DNA of 63,420 nucleotides, filler included, from Salisapilia sapeloensis CBS 127946 (GCA_023334545.1; 9 parts of 9 records of this genome joined end to end with filler, not necessarily neighbours in it), one strand, 5' to 3'; positions 44,239 to 56,546 are shown, numbered from the whole stretch's first letter. Made by a program: numbers and translations. Notes: a model not told the origin generated them from the letters alone.

Positions 44239-44514
44239 TCGAAGTAGGCTTGGCAGTTGTCACGGATAGCGTGTTGACAACGCCCGCCGCACTAGGTCTA
44301 TTTTCTTTGGCAACATTTTTGTGTCGTTTTAATCTGTCTAGTTGCTTTCAAATGGCGTGTTATTGTGATCTCTACTGAGTAGGAAGCACAAGTTTTTCTC
44401 TTTGTGGATGCAAGATGAATTTCGTTTAATCTTATCTCGGAAGCGTAATTCCTACGACGACTTCTACCCCAAGAAAGATATATCCCAGCATTGACACCAC
44501 GTCGACCACTCCAT

Positions 44515-46609
44515 TTAAAGCAAAATGTAAGCGAGAAGGACGATGATTACAGAGATCAAAATTCTGAATGAAAGTTGCGTCTCGTAAAGGTCCTTTTCGG
44601 CACTTCTGTTCTCTTTCTGTTGCTTCTGAATCAATTTGGCAACGTCCACCATAGAAATCCGATCTGCTCTGCGAGTGCTCTGTGTATTGTCTTGACTGCC
44701 ATTGGTTGCTTCATTCTCGCTAGCAAGATGCTCATCTGCTGCGTCCGACTGAGAAACCCCTGCACTTCGATCGCGTGAAGAAGTCTCGTCAGCATCTTCT
44801 TGATCGGACCCCTCTTCGTTTTCAGCATCCATTCTGGCTTTCGCTTCTTCTAACTTGGCGACAAACTCACCTGGAGAAATATGAGCTTTTTCTAGCACAT
44901 GCTTTACCCCCTCCTTGATCACTATCTCGTTAGCAAAATCCTCCGACTTGTCAGTAATAGCGTCGATTACAAGCCCCGGATCGTTCACGAATATTGCAAC
45001 CTCTAGCAGCTCTTTGATGGCAGCACCTCCGAAAAGAGCGAGGGATGCACAAGTGAGCGAGATAGCCAGACGGATCTTTTCGTTCTCAGCGTCCCGCTCA
45101 TCCTTTTCTTGGAGAGCAGCTACCAAACTGGTATAGCTGTTCTGAAGTGTCTTTAGCCCCTTCTCCGTACTAGTCAGACGCTCATTGAGCTTTTGGATGG
45201 AAGCTTTCATGCCTCGCACCCAGTCCGTGTTCTCCGTGTTCACTGTGGTTGCTTCTGAAAGAAATTTACACTTGTCCTCTTCTGAAAGCAAACATCGCTT
45301 TTCCAACCGTACTATGAGCTTGATGAATAAGTCTCGGTCCCTCTTTTCGTAGACAAAGCAGCGGCGTGTTGCCATGTCTAACCCTTCTTGAATAAAATCC
45401 TTCAGCTTCTTGGACTGAAGATGCTCAATGGCTAAATTCATGCCAACACTAACGTCGTGCATGGAGGTTGAGAAGAAGAGCATTGAGTTTATCAGTTCAG
45501 ATCGGTCCATTATAGACATGTCTCGGCTCTCGGCAAGTTTGTGGAGATGCTCTGTGTACTGGAGCTTCAAAATCTCCATGACCTTGTCTCGTGTGTCACT
45601 CTTGAGCACTTTCACTTCATCTGAATCGGAGACTAGTTGATGGTTGTTGATGCTTTCCTCGGGTTCGACTCGGTAACATATCATGCGCTCCAGTGCCTTC
45701 AGATTTTGCGAGTGTACAGCTCGCTGCATTAACGTCGGCCCACCCTCATACTTGGCTGTTTGAATCCATTTCTTTTCGTTGATCCAATCGATAATGGCGT
45801 CTCTCTCGTTCGCCTTTCTTGTACCAAATGCACAGTACAGCATTTCGACTTTATGGTCATGCATGGCTCGGGTAAGTGTGTGCTTCCTCTCAGAATCCTT
45901 CAGGGCATCTGCAGCTTCTTGTAGCCTTTCGTAGCTAGATATCATCTCATCGATTGACATCTTCGAAACTTCTTGACACCAGATAGACACCAAATCAGTA
46001 TCTTTGCTACTTTCATAGGGATCTAGGCCGTAAGCGAGCATATGCTCCAGTGCGGCCCTATTTCGGAAGGCCACCGCTCGCTGCATCAATGTCGATCCAT
46101 CCGAGAATGTCGCCTTCTGGATCCAGTTCTCATCGCTAATCCATTCAAAAATGGCATCACGCTCCTTACTGTCTTCTGTCTCGAATGCGAAAAAGACCAT
46201 GTCGACTTTGTGGTCGTGCATGGCATAAGTAAGTGCACTCTTCCACTTGGAGTCTGCCCTATCGTCTGCAGCTTTTTTAATCTCGTTGTAGCTAGCTTTC
46301 ATCTCATTCACATCTCTTTGAACTATCGACTGACGTAGGACGCCTTGCACAGTCTCTCGCTTTTTACTTTTCATGGCTCTCGTAAGACTTGTAAATGGCT
46401 CTAAAGCAGAAACAACGCGTCTCGCGTCGTCGCTTATTTTGGCATGGTACATTGCATTTCTGCCTCCATGGGTTTTTGCATTCGGGTTTGCTCCCCATTT
46501 AGCCAACATCCTTGTCGCTTCTACGTGTCCATAATCAACAGCCCTATGAAGCGGAGTCTTGCCATCTTTATCCTGCTTGTTCACTTCTCCACCATTGCGT
46601 AGTAGCACC
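44515..46609 (-). CDS. Ankyrin-repeat protein with tandem ~119-aa domain, coiled coil, hydrophobic hairpin and C-terminal membrane anchor (5' truncated by gap)
   Basis: DKDGKTPLHRAVDYGH ankyrin; two AMHDHKV...ERDAI..WI...WIQ.A...G.TLMQRAV units 357 nt apart; terminal FRILISVIIVLLAYILL*. Confidence 0.85.
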
Positions 46610-46709
46610 NNNNNNNNNNNNNNNNNNNNNNNNNNNNNNNNNNNNNNNNNNNNTTAATTAATTAANNNNNNNNNNNNNNNNNNNNNNNNNNNNNNNNNNN
46701 NNNNNNNNN
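46610..46709. other. Artificial assembly spacer
   Basis: 44 N + TTAATTAATTAA + 44 N. Confidence 0.97.
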
Positions 46710-48298
46710 GCGGTTGGCGGCTGGATGTTGCGCTTGCGATATCTGGGCTTCGCTTCAGTCTTGGTTACTTCATTGCTCTTACCTTTCGTGTACTTCACTA
46801 CCATGTTGGAAGTATCGAAGGAAGAAAGCAGCACCTCGTAGTAGTTGGAATATAACCATTTCGAAATCTTTTGGTGCATGTCCTTCACCATCCTCGTAAC
46901 TTTTCCGATAAATGAACTGGATTCCGCAAAAAAAATCAGCGTGCCACATTTTTGTTGTTGGAAACTTTCTTGACTTCGTGAGATAGCGATGATTTGCGGT
47001 ATTGCTTCCTGCGCGAGGAAGACTTTGGACGGCATTCCTTTTCCAGCGCACTAAACTTTGCCATTAAGTTGTCAATTTGCTGGAAGCGCATCTTAAGCTT
47101 CTGTTCGGGGTCGTTGACGCGAAACAATCGGCCATCCGGGTCATAAAACATTATAAATTTTCGTACGCCCACATCAATGGAAGATGTCCAGTTTGATCTG
47201 GTCTACAGAAAGTCCCGATGCTCTGGGATAACTAAGAAGTACTTAGGGTCTCCAGTCCGTTGGAGCCGAAGGCCGTACTGAAACGTAGTCGGAAGACGTT
47301 CAGCGGCCCGAATCCAGGGCGCATTCTCACATGCATGCTTATACTTTGATGTGATCGTAGTTCGCGGACGCTGAACGTCTGTGACTTGGTCAGGAGATAA
47401 AACAACTTGGCCAGGTGGAAGACGACATTGCTCGTGAGTGAGTCTTCGCTTCGAATCGCATGGCTTCTTGATGCTTTTCTTGATCTCGGAGAACAAGTGA
47501 GCGAGGAACTGAATGTAGTGCGTAGAAGGCAATCCTTGGTCATTTTTCAAGACCACCTTGGACTTCAAGTATACTCTGTCGACTGGAAGCGCATAGACGG
47601 TAGAGTAGTATTTTCTCCTGCCATCTTCTTCTGGAAAAAGTTGGTGCGTGAAGACTTCACGCTAGCCTTAAAAGCTTGCCACGTTGAATCGGCAACCCAA
47701 ACAGAAGCTTCATGGTGGCGCTTGTACACCCGCTTCGTTACGTTCATCTTCATTGTCTTCTTCACACATATGGGACGATACCGTGCTGCGAGCGTCTTTA
47801 TATTCACATCCGCCGTCTGCAAATCTTCGCGCGACTTGACCACGAGCTGGTTATGTAAAGCCCGATGTGGCGAGAACTTGTCCTCGAGAACCTTCTTCTG
47901 GGACAAAGAGGGATAAAGTCGGACCGATCGGCTTGCATTGACCGGTGGTTTAGTGGCAGATGTGGGTGAAGCCGCTCACGACGCGTAGGGGCTCTCGTAG
48001 TTTGGACTTGTTGCCCAAAAACGCGGACCGGATTCCACTCATCATGAAGCTCATATACGTAGCCTTTAAGTTTGCACCAAACTGCGTTTGATGGGGTTGA
48101 TAGTAGTCCATACTGCTGAAGTGGAAACTCTAGCTGACGCGCAATGTCAAAACGGAACCACGTTGACGGTAAGTGGATGGACATGTGGTCGACTTCAACA
48201 GCTCTTCATTCTTGGCCGGCCGTTAGTGGAGCATCTTGAAGGCGTTGCACGTAGGGTAGATCGGGTGGACGATTATCTCGACTGTCCTCAGCAGCCAT
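46710..48298 (-). pseudogene. Frameshifted pseudogene of an uncharacterised protein (about 520 codons)
   Basis: ATG 48298 (MAAEDSRDN...) has an in-frame TGA and continues in ORF 47804-48184. It then shifts frame through ORFs 47565-47906, 47203-47568 (in frame, across a stop, with 46936-47172) and the ORF ending at the gap. Confidence 0.6.
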
Positions 48299-48892
48299 CC
48301 TTCAGTCGACCGTGGGCAATGATGCGCGCAGAGTGCCCTTGTGTCTTTCAATTTGAAAGTTAAAATGAGATTAAACGCCAGTGCTTTGCTCTATTCCTGT
48401 TTTTCATGTTTGTTGGCCATTTCAATCGAGTACATTTGTTTCCAGTAACTTTCAATCCGAACTATTTTTTGTCTACAGCACGGTATATGATAACTTTGAA
48501 CCACTTCGCTTTTAAACCAACTTGAGTACAATCCCTCCTACAAATCGTCTTTAAATTTGTCTAGGAAGACATGTGCGAGGATACACGTACTGCAGACGTG
48601 ACCTGGTAAGGAAGCCAAATCAAAATTGGGAAACTTGTCATACTGGACACTCAAGACACGCACATCATCGATGGTGATAAGTCTGTGCAAATGATTATGC
48701 TTACAGAATACATAGTCTGAGTGAGACTAATATGTTTGTATCGAGATTTCGTCCTCGAACCCAGACTAATTAGTGTGTAAAAAATCGTACTTGAATCGAG
48801 TTGTCTTCAGTTAAAACATCGTAAGTCTTTTAGGGGTAATACACTAAGCATTGCTACACTAAGATCTTGATTCCTAACTAATGAGTGAGCTA

Positions 48893-48992
48893 NNNNNNNN
48901 NNNNNNNNNNNNNNNNNNNNNNNNNNNNNNNNNNNNTTAATTAATTAANNNNNNNNNNNNNNNNNNNNNNNNNNNNNNNNNNNNNNNNNNNN
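48893..48992. other. Artificial assembly spacer
   Basis: 44 N + TTAATTAATTAA + 44 N. Confidence 0.97.
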
Positions 48993-49694
48993 CATTGGAC
49001 TTGTATCTCGTACAAAGTGTACTTGTCGAACGTTTCCATTCTTTTCGTGTGCCCTTCCGTTGCCTTGAACCACCTAAGGCCCGATCGGCTCGTACTAATC
49101 TATTCCCAAAGCCAATCTAATCTTTCCACTTGAACTTCTATCGTTAGTTTCCAGTACGTGATAGCATTTGCTTTGGCGGGTGAACTTTTTTCGGGTCATT
49201 TATGTTCATGGTCACAATTGGTCATGATTTTAAAGAGGATGTAAAGTTGCTGGAAACCCTGCTTTGAAACTGCGTTTGTTAATGCTGTGCTGTCCATGAG
49301 CTCTGCTTCCGCCAAATATTTTTTAGCAGAGTAGCGAGTCTTTAAAATCAACTTCAACACAACATATTAATGGGGGATATCTTTGCTTGCTCATTTTATA
49401 GCTTTGGACGGGCCAAAGTGTGCCGTTGGATCCTGCTTGGATTTGTAGCGCTTGTCTGCTTAACAGTACACACTAATTTTCTAGCTTTACGTCCTCTTTC
49501 CAATGATTACCAGTTATGAACATGCCCATAAATGACCCGAAATGTTTTTTACCCTATAGCGTACGCTTCACCCATCGAGAATACAATGAAGATCAAAATA
49601 ATATTCCTTTTGGGATTATGTTCTGTGATCCTGTTGTAGCGTAGGGATGGTATGTACATCAAAATGCCCATCCGACTATATAAAGAGAGGGAAA

Positions 49695-51733
49695 CTACAG
49701 TGCTCGAAGATATTGATGCAGTCTGTACGATGCTTCTGCAGCTGTCGGACGTTCCTCTGGTTTCAATGAAGTGCACTCCTTTCCAAGCTGAACCATTTCA
49801 TCTGCCGCTTCTTCCGAGAACTCGGCCTTCAAGCGTCCAAAGGCAACCATTTGAAGTAACGCTGCTTCCGGACGTGACCGGCCTGAATCCGTCTCCCTCG
49901 CATGTCCATACGGAATGTTGTACGTGTCCAATTCAGACAGTACGATACCGAATGAGAAAATGTCCGCTTTGGCATCATACCTCTCTCCCATGATCACCTC
50001 CGGCGCCATCCACAAGGATGTACCGACACCGGCTGTCATGGTGAGGTCCATAATCTCCCTCGTCGTCCCAAAGTCGCTTACTTTCGCGACCATATCGGTA
50101 TTCATTAAGATGTTTCTAGACTTGAGATCTCGATGGATGAGCGGCGGATCAAACGAATGGAGGTAGACAAGCGCATTAGCGACTTGGAAAGCAATGCGTG
50201 TCTTGGTCAAGTCAAATCCTAGTGGTCTGTTCTCCCGACGATATTCGTTCAGCATCGATCTTAAGTCGCCGTTATTCATGAACTCAAAGAGTATGCACAA
50301 GTCGATCAGTTGGTCCCAACCCACACCGACGAACGAGACAATGTTCTGATGATCCAATTGACTCGTCACTTTGACTTCACTCAACAAAGCATTCACCTTG
50401 GCCAAGTCTCGTCGATGATCTGGACGTAGCTTCTTCACAGCCACAGGCGTGCCCTTGTACGTACCATAGTACACTTCTCCATACCCGCCACGACCGATGA
50501 TGTGACCTAGCTTTAGCTTTTCAAGCGGAACACGAACGGCCGTCACCTGCGCATCGTTCCACATCTCTGCGTCGATCAACGTCTGATTCGATATCTGTGT
50601 GCCATTGAACTTGCCACTCGAGATACTTTGAGGGTCGAGACCTTGAGGACGGTCTGTACTTAAGTACTGGCCGTCCGAAGGGTACAAAGTCGATGTGTCA
50701 TCGTCATTCTTGTTCTTCCAGCATAATCGCCACAGGATCAGTCCAACGACCACGACGCCAACGACGACACCGACGACGATGCCAGTGATGGCTCCACTAG
50801 AGATGCCTCCTAAAATTCATTGGTGAGAGACTGAAAAGCCTTAGAGACGAGGAGTGATTACCATCCGTTGACGCCGAATCGCTTCCAGGTAGCAAACTAC
50901 CTCTCATACTCGATGACGAGTCACTCCCGAAGAACGAATCTACTAAGCTATTAGTATTCAAACGATCTGTTAGTGTCTTTAGACTAGACGCACCACTCCC
51001 ACTGAAAGCACTCGAGTCTCCCGAGATGCTGCCAGAAGTCGAATCGATACCAGAAATGTCGGTGGGTGGTTTGGAAGTGGCGTCGCTACTGCCACTAGAG
51101 CTTGCTGAGTTCGAATCACTTCCTCCTGTCACACCTTGCAAAGCATTCAGTTGTCGAATCGCTTGGGCTTTTGTAATCGAACCATCGCCTACGGCGTTTA
51201 GAAGCGAACGCAAGTTATTTCGCACAGCTGAGACCAAAGAGCGATTGGAACTTGTGTAGTTCCGAAATTTGGACGCCACGTAGGAAGTTCCCAAGTCTCT
51301 GTTTAAAGTCCGAACGATCGAATCGATGGCGTCTCGCTAGTATAGCATAAGTGAGCTACTTGTAGCTATCTATGATGGATGTATCAAGGACGTACTAGTT
51401 CGGAGATAGTTTCCTCGTCCTACATAATAAGAATACTTTACATATCAATTCTTTTGGGCTAAAATCATTCAAAAGGAAACGTACATCATCATCATCGTCA
51501 CTCGCACTCGACGATGCGTTTCCTGAGCTGCTATCACTTTCTGATTTGCCTCCGGAACTGCTGCTACCGCCACTAGTGCTTGCACCATTGCTGCTTCCAT
51601 CGCTGCTACTTGTACTACTACCTTTGCCACCACTGTTGCTACTCCCAGTGTCAGCATCGGAAGCGCTTTCACTACTGTCAGCGCTGACGCTAACGTCGCC
51701 ATCACTTGACGCACTCTTCTCTAAAGCCGGTCC
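49695..51733 (-). CDS. Single-pass TKL-family receptor-like kinase with Ser/Gly-rich N-terminal region; at least 4 exons, 5' end unresolved
   Basis: Kinase motifs GRGGYGEV, VAVKK, HRDLKSRN, DFG, WMAPE, DIFSFG; TM ITGIVVGVVVGVVVVGLILW. A 52-nt phase-1 intron (50810-50861) joins the Ser-rich ORF to the TM-kinase exon, and two further upstream exons splice in frame. Confidence 0.85.
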
Positions 51734-52245
51734 CTATCATCCAACCAATGCTTATAAATACGGTAACTTGGGGTTCTCTTATTCCTATTGAAAGACTACC
51801 ACGGCCGTTTGGGTAGGACGTTCCTGTACTCGACGTACTCCTGTCATTCTCTTTGGAATGTCAAAATGAATTTTTCTCTGACGGGCAAAGACATGTGCTT
51901 TTTCGATTTGAAGTTGCATAGCGCTCTCTTTCTATCGTTACTACCTCTGCTTTGAAGGATGTATCCAGCGGACATCTGACTCCCGTTGGACGTTACGCTC
52001 AACTTCATGTCGGCTCATGATACTCTATGCTAGTACACGAGTACTCTTCAGAAACACCAAGACAAGGAGTCACGGGTTTATGGATGCTATTATTCGATGG
52101 GGACTCAAGTGGAAAGATTAGATTGGCTTTGGGAATAGATTAGTACGAGCCGATCGGGCCTTAGGTGGTTCAAGGCAACGGAAGGGCACACGAAAAGAAT
52201 GGAAACGTTCGACAAGTACACTTTGTACGAGATACAAGTCCAATG

Positions 52246-52345
52246 NNNNNNNNNNNNNNNNNNNNNNNNNNNNNNNNNNNNNNNNNNNNTTAATTAATTA
52301 ANNNNNNNNNNNNNNNNNNNNNNNNNNNNNNNNNNNNNNNNNNNN
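52246..52345. other. Artificial assembly spacer
   Basis: 44 N + TTAATTAATTAA + 44 N. Confidence 0.97.
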
Positions 52346-52351
52346 AAGCTC

Positions 52352-53798
52352 TTACTCAGCCTTAACAGCGTCTGCGAGCCAGTCTCGGAGGTACGGTCCC
52401 AGGAGCCTGCCCTGGTCGTCCCGGAACAAGTTGTACAGCGGCAGAATGAGGTACGTGTGCTGGATGGTCTCCGGAATCCAGCTCGACACACGGTCGCTCT
52501 CGGCCTTGTACGCGTCCAACAGCGCTCGCATTTGCTACCAGTCACAACGTCAGCTACTCTCCCGTCCACATCCGAAGATAAACACTATACCTCCTCAAAC
52601 TCCTCGTATGTCAGCAGCGCCGGCGGCAACAGGTCCACCAGGTCTCCCGACACGATCCCGTGGAAGAAGCGCTGGACGATGTCCCCCTCGCTGTTGAGGA
52701 AGAGCCACTGGTACTCCTTGAGGTTCTGCACCATGGGCGTCACCAGCTCCTCCACCGTCATCTCTCCGGCTCGACAGCTCGCCATGTACTCGTCCGACAT
52801 CTTCAGGTCGACGTCGCACGTGCCGTACTCGTTCAGGACAGAGCTCGCTCGCCGCTTGTCCTCCGGCAAGACGCCGACGTAGCTGTCCGGCAGGAGAGAG
52901 AACTTGATCGGCTTCTCTTTCACCTGCCACAGGTCCGCGATGTAGGCGCTCAGGAGCTGAGCGCCGAGCGACCCCGCACTCGACCCGGCCACCACGATCT
53001 GCTCCGGCTCCGGGTAGTTGTCGAGCGCCCACGAGAGCGCCGCCCTCGAGTTGTTGAAGCCGGCGTGGTGCACTGGCTGGTTGTTCGTCAGGCACGACAG
53101 CAGCCCCGCCTCAGAGAACGTCGAGTCAAAGCTCTCGACGTCGGCGCCGTGTGCGAGGTCCTTGACCTTTACGTCCAACTCGCCCATCCTCGCTCGCACA
53201 CGCTCCGGGAACTCGGCCAGGTTACCAATGTCCAGATCCAGCTCTTCCAGGATGGACTCGATCGAGGCAGCGGGCCGGACGGCGTCTCCAGCGTGCAGGT
53301 CGCCCGTGCAGTAGGGAATGTGGACGATGTTCCAGTCGCGGAAGACGTTGCCGAGGTCGAAGCGGTTGAAGACGCCTGTGTAGGCCGGCGTGGGGTTGGT
53401 GAGCCAAACACGGAGGGGTGATAGGCACTGGACGGCGAAGGAGCACGTGAGGTCGCTGACGCAGGCGCCGCCTGGCTGGAAGAAGATGAGCAGCTTGCTC
53501 CTGTCCCTCTTGTTCGGAAAGACCTGGAAGAAAAAGTCGCGCTGGGTCGAGAACGGGACACCCACGGCCGAGTAGTCGTCGAAGGCGCATCTGGAGGCAG
53601 AGCAGTTAGGAATTCAGGAAGAGAAGAGGAGTGGAAATCTAGACACCTGGTGTCTCCGCCAGGATAAATGTTGGAGCTCCCGAGGACGTTGGTTTGGAGG
53701 TCGTCCACACTACAGGCGTTCGAGTCGTCGATGGTGCAGTCTCGAGCGAGGGAGGTGCCTAGCAGCAGGAAGATCGGAAGCAGCGAAATGAACGTCAT
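52352..53798 (-). CDS. Secreted pectin acetylesterase/Notum family hydrolase (CE13), 3 exons
   Basis: Signal peptide MTFISLLPIFLLLGTSLA; GGDTR|CAFD splice; FFQPGGAC, WNIVHIPYCTGDLHAG, GSSAGSLGA; last exon contains H (ETIQHTY); TAA at 52352-52354. Confidence 0.9.
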
Positions 53799-54053
53799 CG
53801 TCTCTCGGCCTAAGCTCGACGCCGCCAAAGCAGATATGAACGAGATCCCCACCTCGGCATATCCGAGGCAGATCCGACAGGAGAGCCAACTGCAACGTCC
53901 GCTTCAAGCATCAGAGGACGGAACTGACGGATGAGGTGATCGGCCCATCCCATCTGACACGCCGAGATGCGGACGAGAGGAACACGGATGAGCAAGCAAC
54001 GATGACAAAGAAAGTAGAATGTATTCCCCAAACTCTCTTGCGCTCCAAGCGCT

Positions 54054-54583
54054 CTACGACCGGACCGTCGGTGCTTCTCCGATCTCTCCCTGCGGACCGT
54101 AAACATTAGTACTTGTCAACAATAAAAGCTCTTGGTAGAAGTACCCGCTCATAGGCGTACCGAGCCACGATCGGGCCGTCCGGGTTCACCGACTTGGGTG
54201 CCTCGAACTCCATCTCGTCCTTGAGCTTCCGGAAGGCCTTTTCGCTGTGTCAAGTGTCAGCTCAGTTCGTTTCGCATCGTAGGAGCTGTAAAGCGTACCG
54301 AGCAGCGACGCGAGAGTCCGTCTCGGGCTGGCTGGACAGACCAAAGTAGACGATGGCAGCGCCACCGACGAAGCCCACGTACGTCGAGTACTCCCAGCCT
54401 TTGCGGACGAACCGATGGGAGCCCTACATTTCGTCCCATTAGTCTCTACTGTCTGTCTGCGCTGTACTAGTCCAAGCATACGTCTTTCGTGACCATGGCG
54501 CCCTCGGGCACAGCCACGTAGGCTTTGTGGGTGCTCATGGCGCGACGCTGGAGCGTCCGGAGTCCTCGTGCGGCCGTCATCAT
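54054..54583 (-). CDS. NDUFB11: Complex I accessory subunit NDUFB11/ESSS-like, 4 exons, about 120 aa
   Basis: Targeting-like MMTAARGLRTLQRRAMS, then KGWEYSTYVGFVGGAAIVYFGLSSQPETDSRVAAR|EKAFRKL, matching the ESSS pattern WE...Y.G...TM...P.T...A..EA..RL; three canonical GT-AG introns. Confidence 0.7.
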
Positions 54584-54950
54584 CCTGTACGCTGGAAGGA
54601 GCTTTGCGATTGATACATCGAGGTAGGTGTTCGGCGGTTGTGATTGGTTCAAAATGAATCCTGAATGCCATCCGACTCGGATGTCTTCTTGTCTTCTTGT
54701 CTTGGTGGAGTCTAGAGAAGGACGTGGAGACAAAGGTGGAGTCAAGAGGTTTTCTTATGCATCCGAGGCAACTAGTCACACGATCGGCCAGTTTCAGGAG
54801 ACGCCAGACATGTTCCGAAAGGACGGCTACACCACCGGAACGGAACACGTAGAAACCTAGAGACAAGGAAACGGAAATGCATTCCACTTTATTTTGACTA
54901 TCCTAGACTTCCATTAGGCTACATACTGCATGCATTGCCATATATTTCAT

Positions 54951-56122
54951 CTACGAAAGATCTTCCATGGAGGCACTGGCGGCGGCGTGCATGCTCTGGA
55001 ATGACGTCGTGCTCGGATGGACGCTAGCAAACTCCACCCGCCCATCCATCACGCCTCGACTCCTCTCGCCAGTGTACGCGACGACGCCAATCTCGTTCGC
55101 ACCTCTTCCAGCTCTAGCAGACAGCTCTGCCAGAGGTCGAGCAATGCCAGGCAGGTACGGAAGGAGCTGCTGCAGGTGGTGATGCGATCGCGAGTGTAGA
55201 AATAGTTGACCAGCCATGACGGACAGAAGCTCGTTCTTCATTTCAAACAGTCGACGCTCTTCAATGCGCCCCAGCTCTTCACTCACGACCTCTTCCAGTG
55301 GATCCTTCGCTCCGCTCTGGTCCGTCTGGAGCCACGCCTGCTCGTACTCGGTCGAGTTCTTCGAGTAGCCGTTCACTGGAGACGTGGTCTTGTCCATTTC
55401 GGATAGCTACGTGAGCATCTTTGGTTATACGCTGTCGCTGTAAAGGCAGCATAGCAACAGAAACACACCCGCATGCGCATGACAGATATTTGCTTCCGAA
55501 GACGCTGGTTTTCTTCCTCCCGACGGCGAATCGATTCGCGAACGTCATTATGCTGGACACTCGCAGCGACATCGAACACGTTAGAATGGAGAGACTGGTG
55601 GACGTCTTCGATTCGCAAAGCTGCTTGTGCCAGCGACCTACTCGCATCATGTCAGTCTCGATCGTTACGCTTGACAAGGTCTCTCGACTCGCACATACCG
55701 CAATTCAGCCTTGTCTTCGTACCCTGCAATACAACTAAGTGAGCATACCGTCGTACTGGCACAATGCAACAATACCTACCTCCACTCATCTGTACCTCAA
55801 AGAACGCAGAAAAGGAATGCGCTAGGTCGGACGACGCCTTCGAGTACGCCTGCATGGCATCCATGTACACAGTCATCGCCTTCCCGAGCGCACTCATAGC
55901 CTCGTCATACCGCTTGAAACGCTGCGTCTTGGCCTCCAACCCTGCGTCTGTGAAGGGCTCTTCGATCTTGAGCAGCATCGCTCGCGAAAACTCTTCCCGG
56001 AGTCGTTTCGATCCGTCCTTGACGTTCTTGAGCTATCATCGGCGACAGGAGAAGATGCACACAGGTCAGTCAAGGACAAAGGTCAAGTTAACACAGTCTA
56101 GTACCCAGGAAGAGGCCATCAT
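54951..56122 (-). CDS. N-BAR domain protein (amphiphysin/Rvs161-like), multi-exon
   Basis: MMASSW|LKNVKDGSKRL...QRFKRYDEAMSALGKAMTVYMDAMQAYSKASSDLAHSFSAFF resembles the Rvs161/amphiphysin N-terminus; the helical C-terminal exon is consistent. Internal splice sites are partly uncertain. Confidence 0.65.
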
Positions 56123-56313
56123 TGTCTTTTGGTCTGAGGCTTTCAATCTATTGTGAGAGGCAAGAGACAAGTACGTCAGAAACGGTTTCGACTGTCTCTT
56201 AGTCATCTCCATGAGCATCCATCTAGCTGGAAGCCGGATGGAAGGCAACCAAGGTCTCACTTCTGCGATATTGCTCATTTGCTAAACGAGCTCATACAGG
56301 CCAAATCGACATC

Positions 56314-56546
56314 ATGTCCAAGCTCTCTCTGATCGTGTGCTTTGCTTCCTTGTCGGCCACTGCCATGGCGCGACCATCATTTGTGGACCGAATTCCCAAC
56401 GGTAACCACGTAGAAGGCGTCGCTGCTCTTGGCCATAGCGATACCAATGGCGGAGGTGCTTTAAACGTCTTTGGACGAGCCTTCCAAGCCACGGGACTGG
56501 AGTGGACTACGGAGCTGTGCGAGGCGGACTCGGACGACGATGGAGT
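56314..56546 (+). CDS. Secreted temptin-like protein, 3' truncated by gap
   Basis: Signal peptide followed by FVDRIPNG...LGH...GGGALNVFGRAF...GLEWTTELCEADSDDDG, the temptin-domain pattern. Confidence 0.8.

Noticed and set aside
47130-47240. ULP1/C48 protease motif (FLVIP...NWT...FYDP)
   Set aside because: The catalytic His and the downstream Gln/Cys motif are absent; the similarity is superficial.
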